Assembly (NCBI GenBank): GCA_030838785.1
Contig: JAUZEY010000207.1
Span: forward strand, 1-34,874
DNA length: 34,874 nucleotides
Source of the DNA: Actinomycetota bacterium
Lineage (GTDB): Bacteria > Actinomycetota > Acidimicrobiia > IMCC26256 > BP-133
Reading direction: 5' to 3'
Shown: positions 24,202-33,010 of the stretch, piece after piece
How the letters are laid out: every line of letters starts with the position of its first letter
How positions within the stretch are numbered: position 1 is the stretch's first letter
Translations under genes and position numbers: made by a program
Notes under the pieces: model-generated
The model's database searches: none
What the model saw: only the letters and a program-made list of their open reading frames with translations
What the model was told of the DNA's origin: nothing

Positions 24202-25125
24202 CAGCGCCTCGGCCATCGCCTCCAGCGTGGCCGTCGGCGACACTGTCCCTCCTGTCGATGGGGGCCGGCCGGCCGGGCGCACGACGAACTTGGAGAACCC
24301 GGCGGCGACGAACTCCTCGATCCGCCGGACGGCGGCGTCGAGGCCCTTCGGCACGAGGACGGCGGGGTCGAGTTCCGGCCGGCGCCGGGCGATCGAGGCC
24401 AGGAGCACCTCCGGGATGCTGTTTTTCCCATTGGAGAGGCTGTCTTTCCCACTGGAGAGGCTGGCGTCGAGGTAGGTGAGGCTCACGCCGAAGTGCTCGG
24501 GATCGATGCGCCGCCCGGCCGCCGCCGCCTCCCGCTCGATCACCGCCCGCCCCTCGGCCGCCTCCTCGGGTGTCACCAGGCTCGGGAGCCACCCGTCGGC
24601 CAGCCGCCCGGCCCGGACCAGGGCCGCCGGAGCGTTGCCCCCGACCCAGAGGTCGAAGGGCTGCTGGACGGGGTCCGGCCGGACCCGCACGCCGTCGACC
24701 ACCTCTCCGCCGAGGTAGCGGCGGACGAGGACCAGGGCGGCGTCGAACGCCTGGCCCCGGGTCTGGCCGGCGGGAATCGGGAACGCCGCCCGCTCGGCCG
24801 GGTCGGGGAGGCCGAGGCCGAAGGCCACGAGGAGCCGGCCCCCCGACAGCCGGTCCAGGGAGGCCAGCTGCTTGGCTACCACCGCCGGATTGCGGCCGGG
24901 GAGGACCAGCACGCCGGGGCCGATCTTGAGCCGGGACGTGCGGGCGGCGGCCCAAGTGAGGCCGACGATCGGGTCGGGCGTGGCCCGGGAGGTCAGCTCG
25001 GCCAGCCAGAGGGAGTCGAAGCCGAGGTCCTCCATGGCGGTGACGGCCTCGCCGAACGGGCCGGGATCGGAGTCGCCGTCGATGCCGAGGATGGTGCCGA
25101 TCCGGATCTTCATGAGGCCCGGCAT
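24184..25125 (-). CDS. LLM-class flavin-dependent oxidoreductase
   Basis: EDLGFDSLWLAE, PGRNPAVVAKQLASLDRLSGGRL, WVGG, RAGRLADGWLP. Start 25125 or 25113. Confidence 0.92.
   Translation of the reverse strand: MPGLMKIRIGTILGIDGDSDPGPFGEAVTAMEDLGFDSLWLAELTSRATPDPIVGLTWAAARTSRLKIGPGVLVLPGRNPAVVAKQLASLDRLSGGRLLVAFGLGLPDPAERAAFPIPAGQTRGQAFDAALVLVRRYLGGEVVDGVRVRPDPVQQPFDLWVGGNAPAALVRAGRLADGWLPSLVTPEEAAEGRAVIEREAAAAGRRIDPEHFGVSLTYLDASLSSGKDSLSNGKNSIPEVLLASIARRRPELDPAVLVPKGLDAAVRRIEEFVAAGFSKFVVRPAGRPPSTGGTVSPTATLEAMAEALLPLQT
24418..24465. repeat. 21-bp in-frame tandem duplication inside the LLM gene
   Basis: TTTCCCATTGGAGAGGCTGTC / TTTCCCACTGGAGAGGCTGGC, encoding SLSSGKD SLSNGKN. Confidence 0.85.
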
Positions 25126-25276
25126 GCTAATCAGGCGAGGCGGACGACCATCTCCTCGATGAGACCGACCGGGACAGCCGGGAACGCTGACCCTCTACCA
25201 GAACGTCATCCGGCTCAGTCTCAACTCGAACTTCAGCCCCTGAGGGCTCGTAGCGAACCCTGGATGCCTCACGACT

Positions 25277-25306
25277 CGTAACGTGACGATCGTTGCATTA
25301 CGCAAC
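25277..25306. promoter_or_regulatory. Palindromic operator-like sequence
   Basis: Perfect GTTGC-ATTAC-GCAAC (25292-25306) overlapping the imperfect inverted repeat CGTAACGTGACGA/TCGTTGCATTACG, just upstream of GTG 25328. Confidence 0.5.
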
Positions 25307-25327
25307 ACCGTGGGTTACAACCCGGAC

Positions 25328-26491
25328 GTGGACATCGAGACCGCCCCCACGATCTGCCGCTACGACGGATGCACGCTCGGCCCCGACGGCGGCCCTGCGC
25401 CACTGGTACAGCCGCTCCGGGGCGGCAACCTCCGGGAGTACTGCTCCGACCGCCACCGGATCGCCGCCCATCGGGCCCGGCAACGCCGGCCCATGACTCC
25501 GGGCCCCGAGGCGGGCTCCTGGCTGGAGGGCGGGCCGCCGGGAGCGGCGCGCCGGGGCGGCTTCACCGCGGCCGGGCCGCCGAGCGCCGTCGCCGCCGGC
25601 CTGCAGGCGCTGGCCCTGGACCTCGGGCGCCTAGCCGGCGAGGTCGACCGGGCCCTGGCCACAGCCGACGCCGACCGGGTCGCCCGGGAGCTGCACGACG
25701 CCGGCCTCCGGGTCGCCGAAGCCGAGGCCCGGGCCGCGGCCACGGCGGCCGAGCGGGACCGGGAGCAGGCCGCCGCGGCGGGCTTCCGCGACATGGCCGA
25801 GGCCCACCTCACGGCCGCCGAGCGGGCCACGACCCGGGCCGACGACGCCGAAGCCGCCCGCGACGCCGCCCTGGAGGCCCTCGCCGCCGCCGAAATCGCC
25901 CGCGACGACGCTGCCGCCGCTCTCGCCGCCGCCGAAACGGCCCGGGACGAGGCCTCTGCCGCCCGGGCGGCTGCCGATGGCCGCTGTCACGAGGTGGCGG
26001 CCGTCCTGGCGGCGGCCGAGTCCGCCCGTGATGCGGCCCGGGCCGGCCTGGGAACCGCCGAGGCCCGGGCCAGCCGGCTCGACGAGGACGTGCTGGCCGC
26101 CGGGCGCCGAGCCGTGGTCGCCGAAGCCCGGGCCGCGGCGGCCGAGGCAGCGATGGGGTCGGCCCAGGGCCGGGCGAACGACGAGGCGCGGGCCCGCCTG
26201 TCGGCGGAGGAACGGCTGCGGGCCGAGGCGACCGGGAGAGTGGAGGCCGACGGGCGGGTCAAGGACGCTGAGCGGCGGGCGAAGTCGGCCGAGGCCGCGG
26301 CGGGCAAAGCCGAGCGCCGGGCGGAGCGGGCCGAGGCCGGCCGGGCCGCCGCCGAACAGCGGGCCGAGTTGGCGGACGCGGCCCGGTCCGAGGCGCAACG
26401 GCAGTTGCGGGCGGCCGAGGCGGCCCGGACCGAAGAGGCCCTCGCCGCCCGCCGCGACCTGGCTCGGGCCCTGCAGGTCTCGGGGCGCTAG
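25328..26491 (+). CDS. Hypothetical protein: N-terminal Cys/His zinc-finger-like motif plus long Ala/Glu/Arg-rich coiled coil
   Basis: CRYDGC...REYCSDRHRIAAHRARQRR followed by heptad-like AEAARD repeats. Confidence 0.75.
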   Translation: MDIETAPTICRYDGCTLGPDGGPAPLVQPLRGGNLREYCSDRHRIAAHRARQRRPMTPGPEAGSWLEGGPPGAARRGGFTAAGPPSAVAAGLQALALDLGRLAGEVDRALATADADRVARELHDAGLRVAEAEARAAATAAERDREQAAAAGFRDMAEAHLTAAERATTRADDAEAARDAALEALAAAEIARDDAAAALAAAETARDEASAARAAADGRCHEVAAVLAAAESARDAARAGLGTAEARASRLDEDVLAAGRRAVVAEARAAAAEAAMGSAQGRANDEARARLSAEERLRAEATGRVEADGRVKDAERRAKSAEAAAGKAERRAERAEAGRAAAEQRAELADAARSEAQRQLRAAEAARTEEALAARRDLARALQVSGR

Positions 26492-28434
26492 CGCAGAACG
26501 GGGGACTGGGGGAGGCGCAGGGCGAAGCGGCTACCCACGCCGAGACGGCTGTCGCACCAGAGGCGGCCGCCCATCAACTCGGCCAGGCGCCGGCCGGTAT
26601 AGAGGCTCACCCCGGTCGGACGGGCGGGGGAGCCGTCGAGCGGGTGGAAGCGCTCGAACAGGGCCGGGATGTCGCCGGAGAAGATGCCCGGACCCCCGTC
26701 GAGAACGGCGATCTCGAAGGTGTCGCCCCGGTCGGCGATCTCCACGGTCACCGGCCCGTCGGAGTACCGCAGGGCGTTGTCGATCAGCGGGTCGACCACC
26801 CGCTCCAGCAGCCGCCGGTCGACCGAGGCGTCCAGGCGGACGGGGGCCGAGAGCGTGAGGTCGCGGCCGGGGTGAGCGGACCGTCGGGTGCTCACCATGA
26901 GTCCGACCGCGGCCACCACGTCTGTCCGCTCGGGCCGGACGGCGACGACGGCGGCGGCGGCGTCCCGCCCGTCGGCCGACAGGAGGGACAGCTGGTCGGC
27001 CATCGCCTCGAGGCGGGCGGCCTCGGCCATGATGGCCCTGCGGGCCACCTCCCAGTCGGAGGACGGCGCCACCCCGTCGCCGGCGAGGCGGGGGGCGGCG
27101 AGGGCGGCGATGGCGGCCAGCGGGTCGCGCAAAGCCCGCCCGAGGGCGGCGACGACGTCGAACCCCTCCTGGCTGGCGGGGGCGCTACCAGCGGCCCGGA
27201 GCACCAGTACGCGGTCGCCGCCAACGCCCAGGGAGCGGGCTGTGGCCTGATACCGGCGAGGGGTCGGCCGGCCGAGGACCACCTCCTCCATGGTGGTCGC
27301 CGCCGGTCCCGCCGGTCCGGTCCCGGACCGGTCGGCGTCGCCGGCCGAAGACGGAGCGCCCAGGAGCATGGCCTCCAGCCCGGGGTGGCCGAGCCGGCCC
27401 CGGGCGGGACGACCGATCTCGAACGAGTCGGACAGGGCGAACAGCTCGGCGGCGGCGGCATTGAGGGTCGTGAAGCACCCGCGGCCGTCGACCACCACCA
27501 CCGGGTCGGGCAGGAGATGGACGAGGGCCGACAGCCGCCCGTCGGCGACCTTGGCCGTCGCGGCCGAGCGGGCGGCCTCCAGGGCCGCGGCCACCGAGAG
27601 CCGCAGCGCCGCCAGCGCCCTCCGCCCGGCGACGTCGGGCTCCTCGGCGACGAGGAGGACGAGGGCTCCCGGCCCCCCGTCCACCAGGGGGAGGGAGACG
27701 GCGAACTCGGCGCCGGCGCTGAGCTGGCCGACCACGGGGTCGGTGGGAGGCACCACCGCCACCCCGTCCCCCGAGACCAGGCGGGCGAAGCCCGGATGGC
27801 GGCTGGCCGGCCCGAGCCGGTCCCGGTCGAGGCCCCGCCAGGCCGTGACTTCGAGGTCGCCCGGCCCGGTCGGCAGGCACACGAACCCCGCCCGGGCCCC
27901 GAAGGCCGTGGCGGCCAGGTCGAGGGCGCGAGCCAGTACCTCGTCGATGGTCCGGGCGGTGGCCAGCGCCGACAACCCCTCGGTAAGAAGGAGGCCGGCC
28001 GTCCCGGTATCCCGGGCGCCGGCCAGCAGGCCCGGTGCGGGGCGGGCCGCCAGGGCCAGCGCGGCACAGTCGGCCGCCAGAGCGAGGCCCTCGAGCTCCG
28101 CCGTCCCGGCCCGACCGCCGGCCACGGCCAGCGCCGCGATCACCGTTCCCCGGTGCCGGACCGGGACCGCCAGCACGGCGAGGCCAGCGCCCGGATCCGA
28201 CCGGCGGGCGGCCTGTCCGGAGGAGAACGCCTCCCCGGCCGCCTCCAACAGCACACCCTGCGCCGACCCGATTGCCACAAGAGGCGTCATCTGCCCCTCT
28301 AACATCGCAGTCAACAAGAGATGGGAGGTTGCAGTGCGAGCCAACGCCTCCTCGGCGACGACGCGCAGGACCCGCCCGGGGTCCACCCCTTCGGCGAGGG
28401 AGCGCACGATACTGGCGAAGCCGTGGTCGGTCAT
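26488..28434 (-). CDS. GAF-GAF-PAS sensor histidine kinase-like protein lacking the phosphoacceptor His
   Basis: PAS LPDPVVVVDGRG..LNAAAAELF; N-box LIDNALRYS; G1 DGGPGI; LFERF; GVGSRF; the H-box position reads LGRALRDPL. Confidence 0.82.
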   Translation of the reverse strand: MTDHGFASIVRSLAEGVDPGRVLRVVAEEALARTATSHLLLTAMLEGQMTPLVAIGSAQGVLLEAAGEAFSSGQAARRSDPGAGLAVLAVPVRHRGTVIAALAVAGGRAGTAELEGLALAADCAALALAARPAPGLLAGARDTGTAGLLLTEGLSALATARTIDEVLARALDLAATAFGARAGFVCLPTGPGDLEVTAWRGLDRDRLGPASRHPGFARLVSGDGVAVVPPTDPVVGQLSAGAEFAVSLPLVDGGPGALVLLVAEEPDVAGRRALAALRLSVAAALEAARSAATAKVADGRLSALVHLLPDPVVVVDGRGCFTTLNAAAAELFALSDSFEIGRPARGRLGHPGLEAMLLGAPSSAGDADRSGTGPAGPAATTMEEVVLGRPTPRRYQATARSLGVGGDRVLVLRAAGSAPASQEGFDVVAALGRALRDPLAAIAALAAPRLAGDGVAPSSDWEVARRAIMAEAARLEAMADQLSLLSADGRDAAAAVVAVRPERTDVVAAVGLMVSTRRSAHPGRDLTLSAPVRLDASVDRRLLERVVDPLIDNALRYSDGPVTVEIADRGDTFEIAVLDGGPGIFSGDIPALFERFHPLDGSPARPTGVSLYTGRRLAELMGGRLWCDSRLGVGSRFALRLPQSPVLR

Positions 28435-28590
28435 TTGCGTCCAGAAGCCCGTCGTTCACTCGGAGGTATCGGCTGTGCAGGGGGGCGTCATGAGAGTGCT
28501 CGACCGACGTTCTTGGGATGAGCACTCAAGCCCCGAGCGGATTGCGCCGATGGGTTGGGCATGACTCAAAGGGGCCAAGGAGGACGAGGA

Positions 28591-28932
28591 ATGACCACCA
28601 TCCGAGCGACCTGCCCGTCCTGCGGGGATGTGCGCCTGAAGGCTTCTGACGTCGTGGTGCGGGTGTGCGCCAACGACAATAAGGGGTCCTACTGCTTCCG
28701 GTGCCCGAGCTGTGGGCTCCGGGTGACGAAGTCGGCCGACTCCCGCATCGTCGACCTCCTGGCCAGCTCCGGCGTCAAGATGGACGTCTGGCACCTCCCG
28801 GCCGAGCTGTGGGAAGCCCGCCCGACCGGCGCCCCCGTCTCGTACGACGACCTGCTCGACTTCCACCTCATGCTGCAGGACGACTCGTGGTTCGAGCAGC
28901 TCGCCGACCGGATCGCCGACGTCGAGAAGTAG
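28591..28932 (+). CDS. Small Zn-ribbon hypothetical protein
   Basis: CPSCG...FRCPSCG; C-terminal YDDLLDFHLML; GAGGA RBS-like sequence upstream. Confidence 0.82.
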   Translation: MTTIRATCPSCGDVRLKASDVVVRVCANDNKGSYCFRCPSCGLRVTKSADSRIVDLLASSGVKMDVWHLPAELWEARPTGAPVSYDDLLDFHLMLQDDSWFEQLADRIADVEK

Positions 28933-29047
28933 TTTTTTCCTTGCTTGCGAACCTCCTGTAGGCCCGCCGCCTCTTCCCCCGACATCCCGCCCAGGATGCC
29001 GGGAGAGGAGGCGGTAGCATTTACGGCGGTTAGTCTGGAAGGAAGCA

Positions 29048-29485
29048 ATGTTCAATCTCGGCCCGTTCGAACTCGTAGCGATCTTCGTGGTCGCCCTGCT
29101 GGTCTTCGGCCCCGACAAGCTGCCGGAGATGGGTAAGCAGGTCGGGCGCGCCTACCGGGAGTTCCGCAAGTTCCAGGAGTCGATGCAGACGCAGGTCCGC
29201 GACGTCATGGAACCGATCACCGGGCCGATCATCCAGAACGGCCCCGTCGGGCCCGCTCCGACCAACATCACCGGGGGCAACATCCCGCGGTCGGCCACGA
29301 TCCAGAACCCCCAGCCGGCCGAGGGGGAGGCCGCCGCCGCGCCCGGCACCTTCGGGCACTACGCCCCGGTCGAGCCGCCCGTGGCGGACCAGGCTCCCAC
29401 TGCCGGCGACACCACCCCGGGCAACGGCACGGCTCCCGGCACCACCGAGTCCGAGTCTCCCGCGCCCGACCCCGACGCCCGGTAG
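29048..29485 (+). CDS. tatB: Twin-arginine translocase TatA/TatB-family subunit (TatB-like)
   Basis: MFNLGPFELVAIFVVALLVFGPDKLPE; amphipathic helix; long Pro-rich tail; directly upstream of tatC. Confidence 0.8.
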   Translation: MFNLGPFELVAIFVVALLVFGPDKLPEMGKQVGRAYREFRKFQESMQTQVRDVMEPITGPIIQNGPVGPAPTNITGGNIPRSATIQNPQPAEGEAAAAPGTFGHYAPVEPPVADQAPTAGDTTPGNGTAPGTTESESPAPDPDAR

Positions 29486-29491
29486 GCCCTC

Positions 29492-30241
29492 GTGGCCCGG
29501 AAGGCAGCGGAGAAGGAGGAGAAGAAGAAGGCTGATTCCGGCGGCACGATGTCGGTGGTCGACCACCTGCGCGAGCTGCGGGACCGCATCATCTGGTCGA
29601 TGATGGCCATCGCCGTGGGGGCGGTCATCTGCTTCATCTTCTTCTCGCCCATCATCCACCTGATGGTCCAGCCCTACCGGGACGCCACCGGGAAGGGGCT
29701 CATCTTCACCCAGCCCCTCGAAGCGTTCATGACCCGGATCAAGGTGGCCGCCTACGGGGGCTTCGTCCTCGCCTCGCCGGTCGTCTTCTTCCACCTGTGG
29801 CGCTTCATCACCCCGGGCCTCAACCCGAAGGAGAAGAAGTACGCCATCCCCTTCGTGGTCTCGTCGGTGGTCCTCTTCGTCGGCGGCTCGATGGTGGCGG
29901 TCGTCACGTTCCCCAAGGCCCTCAACTTCCTCCTCGGGGTCGGCGGGAAGGACCTCGACCCGCTGCTCAGCGCCGGCAGCTACCTGACGCTGGTCTTCCT
30001 CATGATCCTGGCCTTCGGGATCAGCTTCGAGTTTCCGATCGTGATGATGTTCCTGCTGCTGGCCCGGATCATCACCACATCCCAGCTACGCAAGATCCGC
30101 AAGTACGCCTTCCTCGGCATCGTGATCTTCGCCGCCGTCATCACCCCCAGCCAGGACCCGATCTCCCTCTTCGCCATGGCGATCCCGATGTATCTCCTCT
30201 ACGAGGTCTCCATCGTCCTCGGGCGGTTGCTCAAGCGTTGA
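29492..30241 (+). CDS. tatC: Twin-arginine translocase subunit TatC
   Basis: MSVVDHLRELRDR, WRFITPGLNPKEKKY, FGISFEFP, AAVITPSQDP, LLYE. Confidence 0.97.
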   Translation: MARKAAEKEEKKKADSGGTMSVVDHLRELRDRIIWSMMAIAVGAVICFIFFSPIIHLMVQPYRDATGKGLIFTQPLEAFMTRIKVAAYGGFVLASPVVFFHLWRFITPGLNPKEKKYAIPFVVSSVVLFVGGSMVAVVTFPKALNFLLGVGGKDLDPLLSAGSYLTLVFLMILAFGISFEFPIVMMFLLLARIITTSQLRKIRKYAFLGIVIFAAVITPSQDPISLFAMAIPMYLLYEVSIVLGRLLKR

Positions 30242-32979
30242 CCTCGCCCCGGGCGGCCTTCGTCGAGTCACGGGGGTTTCCGCTCGACGACTTCCAGGTC
30301 CGGGCCCTCGATGCGCTCGACGCCGGCCGGTCCGTGCTGGTCGCCGCCCCGACCGGGTCGGGCAAGACGGTGGTGGCGGAGTACGCCGTGGAGAAGGCGC
30401 TGGCCGAGGGGCGCAAGGTCTTCTACACCACGCCGCTCAAGGCCCTCTCCAACCAGAAGTACAACGATCTCGTCCGGGCCCACGGCGCGGCGCGGGTCGG
30501 GCTCCTCACCGGCGACAACTCCCTCAACGGGGAGGCACCGGTGGTGGTGATGACGACCGAGGTCCTGCGCAACATGATCTACGCCGCCTCGCCGACCCTG
30601 GAGGGGCTGCGCTACGTCGTCCTCGACGAGGTGCACTACCTCCAGAACCCCTACCGGGGGGCGGTGTGGGAGGAGGTCATCATCCACCTCGCGCCCGAGG
30701 TCGACCTCGTCTGCCTGTCGGCCACGGTGTCCAACGCCGAGGAATTCGCCGACTGGATCCAGACCGTCCGGGGCGAGACGGAGGCGATCATCGAGGAGCG
30801 GCGGCCCGTCCGCCTGCGCCACCTGTACCTGGTCGGCGACAAGGAGGCGGAGGAGGTCCACATCCTCCCGACCTTCGTCGAGGCACCGGACACTCCGGTG
30901 GAGTTGCGGCCGAATCCGGAGGCGTCACGGCTCGACTCCCGATCGGGCAGAAAGGGCGGGCCGGCGGTACGGGGACGGCCCCGGGGGCGGCTGTTCACAC
31001 CCCGCCGGATCGAGACCGTCGCCCGCCTCGACGACGAGGACATGCTGCCCGCCATCTACTTCATCTTCAGCCGGGCGGGCTGCGACCAGGCCGTCGACGC
31101 CTGCCTGGCCGCCGGGCTGCGCCTCACCACGCCGGAGGACCGGGAGCAGATCCGGGCCATCGCCGAGCGCCACGTCGAGAGCCTCTCCGACAATGACCTC
31201 GACCTGCTCGGCTACGGGAGCTGGCTCGCCGGCCTGGAAGCGGGCTTCGCCGCCCACCATGCCGGCAAGGTGCCGCCGATGAAGGAAGCAGTGGAGGAGG
31301 CGTTCGCCACCGGGCTGGTCAAGGTCGTCTTCGCCACCGAGACGCTCTCGCTCGGGATCAACATGCCGGCCCGCACGGTGGTCATCGAGAAGCTGTCGAA
31401 GTTCACCGGCGAACGCCACGAGTTCCTCACGCCGGGGGAGTACACCCAGCTCACCGGCCGGGCGGGGCGGCGGGGGATCGACGACCTCGGCTACGCCGCC
31501 GTGCTGTGGAACCCCTACGTGCCGTTCGACCAGGTGGCCTCGCTGGCGTCGACCCGGTCCTACGCCCTCCGCTCGTCGTTCCGGCCGACGTACAACATGG
31601 CCGCCAACCTGGTGCGGCGCTACCCGTCCGACGTCGCCCACCACCTTCTGAACCTGTCGTTCGCCCAGTACGGCGCCGACAAGGAGATCGTCCGCCTGGA
31701 GCGCCAGCTCGAACGGAGCCGGGAGCTGCTGGCCAGCCACCGCCAGGCCATCGCCTGCGAGCGGGGCGACGTGGAGGAGTACCGCGCCCTCCTGCGCAAC
31801 CGGGCCGGGCGCCGCCAGGCGGCCCGGAGCGGCGGGCCGGGCGGAGCGCCGGGGTTCGAGGCCCTGAAACCGGGTGACGTCATCGCCCGCCGGGGCAACA
31901 AGGCGGTCGTCCTGCAGCGCACCCGGGGCCGGGGGGACGAGACCAAGCTGCTGGTGCTGACGGCGGACAAGGGGGTGGTCCGGCTCGGGCCGACCGACTT
32001 CGCCGGGCCCGTCCGGGCCATCGGGGCGATCGAGTTGCCCCGGCCCATCGCCCCCCGCAGCCCGGCCTTCCGCCGGGCCGTGGCCGAGGCGTTGCGGGGC
32101 GTCCGGGTCCGGGGCGGCAACGGCTCGGAGCGGAGCCGCGGCAGCGACGACGCCCCGGTGGAGGACGGCGAAACCGTTGCCGGGAGCGGCGATCCCCGTC
32201 GCCATCCGGTGGCCGGCTGCCCCGATCTGACCACCCACCTGCGCTACGCCGAACGGGCCGAGCGGCTCGCCCGCGACGTCGAGCGGCTCGAGCGGCGCAT
32301 CCGGGGCCGCACCGAAAGCCTGGCCCGCCAGTTCGACCGGGTGCTGCGGGTCCTCGAGTCGTGGGGGTACGTCGACGGGTGGCAGCTCACCGACGCCGGC
32401 GGGATGCTGACCCGCCTCTACAGCGAGACCGACCTGCTGCTGGCCGAGTGCCTGCGGGAAGGGCTCCTCGACGGGCTGGACGGGCCTTCGATCGCCGCCG
32501 TCTGCTCGGTGTTCTCCTACGAGTCGCGGGGGCCGGACCAGGGCTCGGCGCAGCGGGTGCGCTACCCCAACCGGATGGTGCGGGACCGGGTGACGGAGAT
32601 CGACCGGATCTGGCGGGACCTCAACGTCGTCGAGGACGAGGCGGGCCTGCCGGAGACCCGCCGGCCCGACCCCGGGTTCACACCGCTGGCCCACGCCTGG
32701 GCGCTGGGCAAGGACCTCGAGGACGTGCTCCTCGACGAGGACCTCACCGGCGGCGACTTCGTCCGCAACGTGAAACAGCTGATCGACCTGCTGCGCCAGG
32801 TCGGCGACGTGGCCCCCCGGGCGGCGACGGCCGCCGCCGCCCGGTCGGCTGCCGACGCGCTGTTCCGGGGCGTGGTGGCCGCCTCCAGCACCGTCGGCTC
32901 CGGCGCCGCACGCGCTCGGGGTGTCCCCGGAGATCCCGGGGCTCGGGGTGTCCCCGGAGACGCGGTCCGGGCCCGGTGA
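30238..32979 (+). CDS. helY: Ski2-like DEAD/DEAH-box RNA helicase HelY
   Basis: APTGSGKT, YTTPLKALSNQK, DEVH, LSAT, FIFSRAGCD, ATETLSLGINMPA, QLTGRAGRRG, C-terminal GDFVR; TTG start overlaps the tatC stop. Confidence 0.95.
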   Translation: MTSPRAAFVESRGFPLDDFQVRALDALDAGRSVLVAAPTGSGKTVVAEYAVEKALAEGRKVFYTTPLKALSNQKYNDLVRAHGAARVGLLTGDNSLNGEAPVVVMTTEVLRNMIYAASPTLEGLRYVVLDEVHYLQNPYRGAVWEEVIIHLAPEVDLVCLSATVSNAEEFADWIQTVRGETEAIIEERRPVRLRHLYLVGDKEAEEVHILPTFVEAPDTPVELRPNPEASRLDSRSGRKGGPAVRGRPRGRLFTPRRIETVARLDDEDMLPAIYFIFSRAGCDQAVDACLAAGLRLTTPEDREQIRAIAERHVESLSDNDLDLLGYGSWLAGLEAGFAAHHAGKVPPMKEAVEEAFATGLVKVVFATETLSLGINMPARTVVIEKLSKFTGERHEFLTPGEYTQLTGRAGRRGIDDLGYAAVLWNPYVPFDQVASLASTRSYALRSSFRPTYNMAANLVRRYPSDVAHHLLNLSFAQYGADKEIVRLERQLERSRELLASHRQAIACERGDVEEYRALLRNRAGRRQAARSGGPGGAPGFEALKPGDVIARRGNKAVVLQRTRGRGDETKLLVLTADKGVVRLGPTDFAGPVRAIGAIELPRPIAPRSPAFRRAVAEALRGVRVRGGNGSERSRGSDDAPVEDGETVAGSGDPRRHPVAGCPDLTTHLRYAERAERLARDVERLERRIRGRTESLARQFDRVLRVLESWGYVDGWQLTDAGGMLTRLYSETDLLLAECLREGLLDGLDGPSIAAVCSVFSYESRGPDQGSAQRVRYPNRMVRDRVTEIDRIWRDLNVVEDEAGLPETRRPDPGFTPLAHAWALGKDLEDVLLDEDLTGGDFVRNVKQLIDLLRQVGDVAPRAATAAAARSAADALFRGVVAASSTVGSGAARARGVPGDPGARGVPGDAVRAR

Positions 32980-33010
32980 GCCAGAGCTTTCCGGGGGACC
33001 CCCCCGAACC
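32914..33010. repeat. Cluster of three REP-like GGGGTGTCCCC-type palindromic elements
   Basis: GCTCGGGGTGTCCCCGGAGA at 32914 and 32941; inverted variant GGTTCGGGGGGGTCCCCCGG at 32991-33010. Confidence 0.7.

Noticed and set aside
25218-25237. TCTCAACTCGAACTTCAG as a SoxR/MerR-type operator
   Set aside because: The palindrome is weak with non-matching spacing, and no such regulator is adjacent.
29797-30237. N-terminal extension of HelY in the ORF track
   Set aside because: It overlaps tatC out of frame. Helicase homology begins just after TTG 30238, which is coupled to the tatC stop.
13685-33010. Short repeats as possible CRISPR or transposon remnants
   Set aside because: They have only two or three adjacent copies with no unique spacers of CRISPR length, and there are no cas, transposase or integrase genes in the window.
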